Source: Eledone cirrhosa
Lineage: Eukaryota
Assembly: GCA_964016885.1 (NCBI GenBank)
Contig: OZ024754.1
Location: 9,052,001-9,116,000 of the forward strand
Reading direction: 5' to 3'
Length of the DNA stretch: 64,000 nt
The notes below the pieces were generated by a model. The model was not told the DNA's origin and did not search any database. It saw nothing but the letters and a program-made list of their open reading frames with translations. The translations under genes and the position numbers were made by a program. Positions 58,037 through 64,000 of this stretch are shown one piece after another. Position 1 is the first letter of the stretch, and every line of letters starts with the position of its first letter.

Positions 58037-58906
58037 TTATATATAAATATAGAGAGAGGGGGAGGGGACACAATCAATGTGTAGTTGAAATATAAGTGAT
58101 AATCAAAGACGACAACGGTTAGATTGTCTTCCGTTAAAGCAAACAAACATATTTTTATGTATAAATAAAATCTTTTCAAATGTGTGTTTCTGTGTACGTT
58201 TCTATAGAGAATGAACAACAAACATATCTAAATATAAGGACAATTCCCACCCCATTTCTACAGTATTCCGTCATCAAGTCTGTAAAGTAGAGTGGCTTGA
58301 AACACAACAAATATATCATTGAATTGACAACAATCAAATATCAGTTATAAATACATCTCATATATGTATTATTTATATAAACTCACACATAGATACATAG
58401 ATGTAAACTAATCTTGTCCAAAGCTATTTGACCACCATAAAGACACGTTGCAATAATGAACCCTATGCTTTCTCTATATGTAACATAAAATGAACACAAC
58501 ACAACCATGATCGACGAATAGAGCTTTAGTCCTTCATACTGAAAATAGTGGAGAAGATTTCACGCGATTCACTATTTCAACGACATTTTGAAACTATCCA
58601 TTCCATATCAAAATACAACTAAGTACCAGATCTAACCTCAACTTCATTTAAACTGTACAGTGAACTTTTTCTCCCTGGTATGTAGGTAAAGAAGAAGAAT
58701 ATGTTTTCTTTTGTTTCTCACAATTCAGGATAAGTAATAATGGGTTTTGTAACGTTTTTTAACGATTTGTAATATAATAAATAGAACAGTATTTAAAAGA
58801 AGGAAAATGGTAAACAAAGTTAGGAAAATTCCTGTAAATACGAAAACGTTGCTATGTGACAAACCCATGATCGAGATGTTATTTTTTGTGTCAAAGTTGT
58901 ACTTAC

Positions 58907-58987
58907 AATATGATTGTGTTCATCACATCCAGTGTGATGAAAGATAGAAAAAAGGATCAAGAAGTAATAAAGAAGCTTTAAAGCCAT
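58907..58987 (-). CDS. TM9SF3: Transmembrane 9 superfamily member 3, coding exon 1 (signal peptide)
   Basis: ATG at 58987 gives MALKLLYYFLILFSIFHHTGCDEHNHI, then a GTAAGT donor. DEHxH is the TM9SF3 mature N-terminus, and phase 0 joins exon 2 across a 23.2-kb intron. Confidence 0.88.
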
Positions 58988-58999
58988 CTATGTCTCTTT

Positions 59000-59200
59000 C
59001 TCTACTTCCGATGACTAAATGCAAAGTTATATTAACGTGGATTGCATGGGAAACTGTTCTGGGTAAAATACCAATATGGCGGCGGCATCCATCGGCCACG
59101 TCAACGACAACTTTATCAAGGGAAATCACTCTGCACAGCAAATTTCAACAATAGTAGTTGGTATTTTCTACTTCCCGTTTCATCTATTTCACGCAACTCC
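59000..59200. promoter_or_regulatory. Likely TM9SF3 promoter and 5' UTR region
   Basis: Directly upstream of the ATG, with a YY1-like AATATGGCGGC at 59073-59083 and an ETS-like ACTTCCG at 59004. Confidence 0.45.
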
Positions 59201-59289
59201 TGTTTTGTAATATTAGTAAATATTCACTCGAAAAAGATCCAGCACTGAAAAGTATTTAAACTATAATATAGTATCTAATCTCTCTCTCC

Positions 59290-61155
59290 TCTACCTCTCC
59301 ACATAGAAGGCTGAACCAGTTCCTCACTTCTACTGTGTACCTCTCCTGTAGCTTATCATCTTCCCAGCGAAAGATAGCTTTCCGGGCCTTAGCCTAACTC
59401 TTTTTAAAACTCACTCGGACCTCACTCATAACAAGCCGGTGGTGACTGCCCAGTATTCTGAAATAACTGTAGGGTTCTGTTTTCAGAACACTATTCCGCT
59501 ACTTCCTCCTTACCAGAATATCAATTTGGGACTTGGTCTGATGCATATCAGAGATGTAGGTCCATGTCTTCTCTGGATTCTTCCTAAACTTTAGGTTGGT
59601 TGCCATCAGGTTCGCCTCCAGCAGGGTGTCCCTCAGTAGTCTCCCGTTTTGGTTGGTGTTGTCATGGAAGTACCACAAGGATCTTCACTGCTCTCCTTAC
59701 TCAGATGTGCATTGAAGTCACTCAGAACAAGCAGGTTGTTGTGAGCTTCTGTGGTACTGACACTTCCTCATGCAACATCCTTAGTTTGTCCTCCCCCCTC
59801 CTAGTTTGCAAAGGAGAGAGAGAGATTGATGGGATTGAGGAGAGTGTGACGAGGAGGTACAGATATTTCATCACAGCAGTAGCAGAAGCAAGTGAGGCCC
59901 AGGTGCCGAGGAAGAGGAGGGATGACACCTCTGCAGACCCAGAAGTGTGTGTGTGCAGCCAGAGTACACCCGAGAGCTGCCAAGGACCAATTCCATGCTG
60001 ATCCTACAGAGGAGAGGAAGAAGAATGTGGAGGTGAAGAAGGAAGAACTCTGTCACTTACAGAGAGGAGGTGCTAATGGAGAAGATCAGGAGTGTAGAGA
60101 GAGTGGTTGACAGGTGTAAGGAGAGCTGGATGATCATCAATGAGATCACAGGGAGGAAGAGAGGGAGTTTGAGTCATATCTGGGGACACAGGGCCCGAGG
60201 ATAGGAAGAGGAAGGGGCTGGACCATTTTAAGACCCTGCTAGGAGAGTCACCTTCCACAGTCCAGAACACCAGGGAGTTCAGACAGTAGGAAAGAGGATA
60301 AAACTCTGATTCCATCAGGGAAATGGCCATGTTCAATATGTAGGAAAGGAGTTGGCATAAATTCTATAAAATGTACACAGTGCAGATCTTGGGTACACAA
60401 GAGATGTAGTGGGATAGCAGGCAAGCTAACAGGTAGGGAAAACTATATATGCAGTAGATGTACAGGGAAATTTGACAGTAGAAGTCAGTGATAGAAACAT
60501 TAAAAAATTGAGGAACTGGATATGAATCAGGACCCTTCACCAGAGAGGAGCTTCAGAGAGCCAAGGAGGGTAAGACCCATGGAGAAGATGGAGTGGCATC
60601 AGAGGTAATGAAGAGGTGTGATTTTGATGATATCCTGTAGTTCTGTAACCAGGCACTGAAGAAAGGAGTTGCCTCAGATCAGTAACATCGTCCCAGTACC
60701 AAAGAAGGGAGATCTCTCTGGCACCAACAATTACAGAGGCGTCTCACTCATCACAATTGTGGCAAAGACCCTCAACCGGATGATTCTTAACAGGATCAAG
60801 CCTGAGATGGAGAAGAAGCTCAGGGACAACCTGAATGGCTTCAGAGAGGGAAGATCAACCACCGGTCACATCCTGATGCTGAGGAGGATAATAGAGGGAG
60901 CTACAGCAAAGAGCCTTCCTGCTGTCATGGTTTTTATGGAAGGCCTTTGATTCTGTAGATCAAGACTGCCTGATGAAGATTTTACAGGATTATGGAATCC
61001 CCAAGAAGATAGTGGACCTGATATTCCTATTCTACACCAACTCCAGAGCCCAAGTCATTACACCTGACAGGATGGTGGAGCTCTTTGTGATACTGCTGGT
61101 ATGCTCCAGGGCGATACATTGGCTCCCTACCTTTTCAGCATTGCAGTGGACTATT
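59290..61155 (+). mobile_element. Decayed LINE (second RTE-like family) with an inverted endonuclease-end segment
   Basis: The + strand gives IVPVPKKGDLS..NNYRGVSL...GFREGRST. The - strand at about 59400-59595 gives KFRK...WTY...SQIDILV...GSHHRLV, resembling the APE C-terminus. Confidence 0.75.
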
Positions 61156-61178
61156 GCACATGATTACACAAAGCATTT

Positions 61179-61272
61179 ATTCATTATAATTATTTCTATG
61201 GCGACCCTTATGCAATCCAAAACGCAGTATTTGCATTTGTTGCTGGTATGGGAGAAATTTCCTCAGATGAAT
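61179..61272 (-). ncRNA. Hammerhead motif with a long stem II region (inverted arm)
   Basis: AUUCAU-CUGAGGA-[63 nt]-GAAA-UAAUUA-UA-AUGAAU. A decayed relative lies at about 9300-9386. Confidence 0.6.
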
Positions 61273-61327
61273 TTACATTTATGTGATATGCTGCAGGCAA
61301 AAACATGTTCTTCTTGTGTGCCCAGCA

Positions 61328-61411
61328 ATTCATCTGAGGAATACCAGCTACAAATGCAAGTACTGCATCTTGGGTTGCATAAGGGTCACCATAGAAATAA
61401 TTATAATGAAT
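61328..61411 (+). ncRNA. Hammerhead motif with a long stem II region
   Basis: ATTCAT-CTGAGGA-[53 nt]-GAAA-TAATTA-TA-ATGAAT. Confidence 0.6.
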
Positions 61412-61451
61412 AAACACTTTGTGTAACCACAGCATCTTTCTTAATGTTATT

Positions 61452-61520
<69 letters not shown>

Positions 61521-61957
61521 AAATATATCGTTTTTTACAAAAACAATATAAAAAAATTGGAAGGAGGCAAGTGAAGTTAAAACAGCTCAAAATACAGTAA
61601 TTTATTATAATAAACAGTACAAAAGGCTATGTTACATACTTCCTTTAAAGATTTTCCAAACAATTATGTGTACAAAATTCTATTGTGCTAAAAATAATAA
61701 TTACGCAGGAAGCAAATTATTCATTAATTACCAAATATGTTTTTAGATTAAATATTGATTCATGAACGTTTCGTCCCCTTATTGGGACTTATCAAAATCA
61801 GTTATTCATAAGTAAATATCTCATTATAAGTCTCACCAAACAGCTCAACAGCCCACAGTCAGAGAATTTGTTTATATTTAAAAGGATATCATAATTTTAT
61901 ATAAGGGGATGAAACATTTGTAAAATATTTGTATTTGGTAATTTCTTTAATGTATCT

Positions 61958-62908
61958 ATATGGAAACAGCAGCTGGAATCAAGAGGACTGAGAGTAAACC
62001 TAGCTAAGACAAAGGTGTTGATAAGTAGGAAAGAGGATAAAACTCTGATTCCATCAGGGAAATGGCCATGTTCAATATGTAGGAAAGGAGTTGGCATAAA
62101 TTCTATAAAATGTACACAGTGCAGATCTTGGGTACACAAGAGATGTAGTGGGATAGCAGGCAAGCTAACAGGTAGGGAAAACTATATATGCAGTAGATGT
62201 ACAGGGAAATTTGACAGTAGAAGTCAGTGATAGAAACATTAAAAAAATGTAGGTAGGATCTATAGAGGTGGTTGATAGCTTCCGATAACTAGATGATCAG
62301 ATTAGTAAGGGAGGAGGGTGCTCCGAGGCCATAGTTTCCAGAATAAGGACGGGTTGGAAGAAATTTAGGGAGCTGCTTCCTCTGTTGACAAAGAAGGGTT
62401 TCTCCCTACGAACGAAAGGCCAGTTTTATGATGCCTGTGTGAGATGCGCGATGCTGCATGGTAGTGAGACATGGGCAGCAACTGTGGAGGATATGCGATG
62501 GCTGGAGAGAAATGAAGCAAGCATGCTCCATTGGATGTGCAATGTCAATGTGCATGAACAACCAAGCATAGACGAGTTGAGAGAGAAACTGTGTATAAGA
62601 GGGATAGGCTGTAGTGTGCGGGAGAGAAGACTGCATTGGTATGGGCATGTGATGCGCATGGAGGATGACCGCTGAGTGAATAAGTGATCTGAGGTCTGCC
62701 AAGAAATCCCAGTAGAAGGAAGACGCAGTCGAGGAAGACCGTGAAAAACATGGGCAGAGGTGGTAAGAGCAGACCTCAGATCACTGAAGCTCACGGAGGA
62801 GATGACGAAGGACCGTGACAAGTGGAGAGATGCCGTGCTGAATAGGACCCGTTCCACCCTTGCAAGCAAGGAAAAGCAGACGTAGAATGATGATGATGAT
62901 GATGATGA
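61958..62908 (+). mobile_element. 5'-truncated decayed RTE LINE
   Basis: WKQQLESRGLRVNLAKTK, KWPCSICRKGVG, RRLHWYGHVMRM and a (GAT)n tail. Confidence 0.88.
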
Positions 62909-62929
62909 TATATATTTAAAATAGAAATG

Positions 62930-62979
62930 GCTTCTACAGGACTAGAACTGTTTCATTTCAATGAAATCATCAGGAAAGC
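62930..62979 (-). ncRNA. Type I hammerhead motif in fold-back element about 62910-63090
   Basis: GCUUUC-CUGAUGA-UUUCAUUGAAAU-GAAA-CAG-UUCUAGUC-CUG-UA-GAAGC. Same family as 55777 and the degenerate copy at about 12080-12130. Confidence 0.78.
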
Positions 62980-64000
62980 TCTGTAAACAGTTCTAGTCCT
63001 ATGGAAGCCATTTCTATTTTATATATTTATACTCTGCTATGTATTGAGTACCTTACTTACTGTGGTTACCCCCGATTGATACTGTGATACACATATCTAT
63101 ATATAGATATCTATAGTGTTGCTTCTAAATGCTGATTAAGCACTGAAGAGAAGACAGTAGGAATGTATATGAAGATACATTTTAAAAGTAGTTTGAGGCA
63201 AAAATATCAATATAAGACTGGGATTCAACATCTTATCTTTTTAATTAGTAATTTATTAATTCAGTCATTCAAACTCTTCTCATTAGTCTTAAATTTTTTT
63301 AAACATTCTGTAAATCTGACATTGGGTGGAGTCAGTAAATTTAAAAATAAGCTTACTAACAGCGATGGCAAATCCATTTTTTATTCTTGTAACAATTTCT
63401 CTTCACTTATGCTGCTGCCTTTGGAGAACATGGATATAATGGTTTTTAATTTAGACACAAGGCCAACAATTTTTAGGAGAGGGGAAAGTAAAATAAATCG
63501 ACCCCAGTGCTTTACTGGTACTTTATTTAATTGACCCCATAAGGATGAAAGGCAAAGCTAACCTTAGCAGGATTTAAATTCAGAACACAAAGGGCCGTAG
63601 CTCTATGCCACGAAGCATGTTGTCCAACAATATACCAATATTGCCAATCCATGAAATAATTGTTTCTATTTTAGGCACAAGGTCAGCAATTACCCAGTAC
63701 ATTACTGGTACTTTATTTTATCGACCCCCGTAAGGATGAAAGGCAAAGTTAACCTTGGCAGGATTTGAACTCAGATCGTAAAGGGGCATAACTATGTTGG
63801 AAAGCATGTCCGACCCTCTACCGATACTGCCAATTCACCGCCCTTCCATGAAATAATGCAACATATATTCCTTTGTACCAGACAAAACTCTTTTACATAA
63901 TATCTAGATGGAAAAAGGTAGTGATCATTTCACCATTATATATTTCTTTTCCTCCAGAGACACCATGGTCAGGTCATTTTAAACTATATACCACCAGACA

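Overview
AT-rich animal genomic DNA, most likely an octopus or other coleoid cephalopod (inferred from [12 protein letters not shown]-type C2H2 arrays, the SINE/RTE content and abundant (TA)n). It has one 200-N gap at 24796-24995. Genes: two tandemly duplicated C2H2 zinc-finger genes on + (one with a premature TAA, one frameshifted) and coding exons 1-3 of a TM9SF3 orthologue on -. The rest is repeats: a 5'-truncated Penelope-like (Naiad-type GIY-YIG) element, a decayed Helitron PIF1 helicase, RTE-type LINEs, CORE- and Meta-type SINEs, MITEs and minisatellites. The most striking signal, which the ORF track does not show, is a dense set of type I hammerhead ribozyme motifs (CUGANGA...GAAA...UH). 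I found 13 with a canonical core plus about 10 degenerate or half copies, from several sequence families. Most sit in short fold-back (inverted-repeat) elements beside (TA)n tracts. All structures were paired by eye and none was computed.
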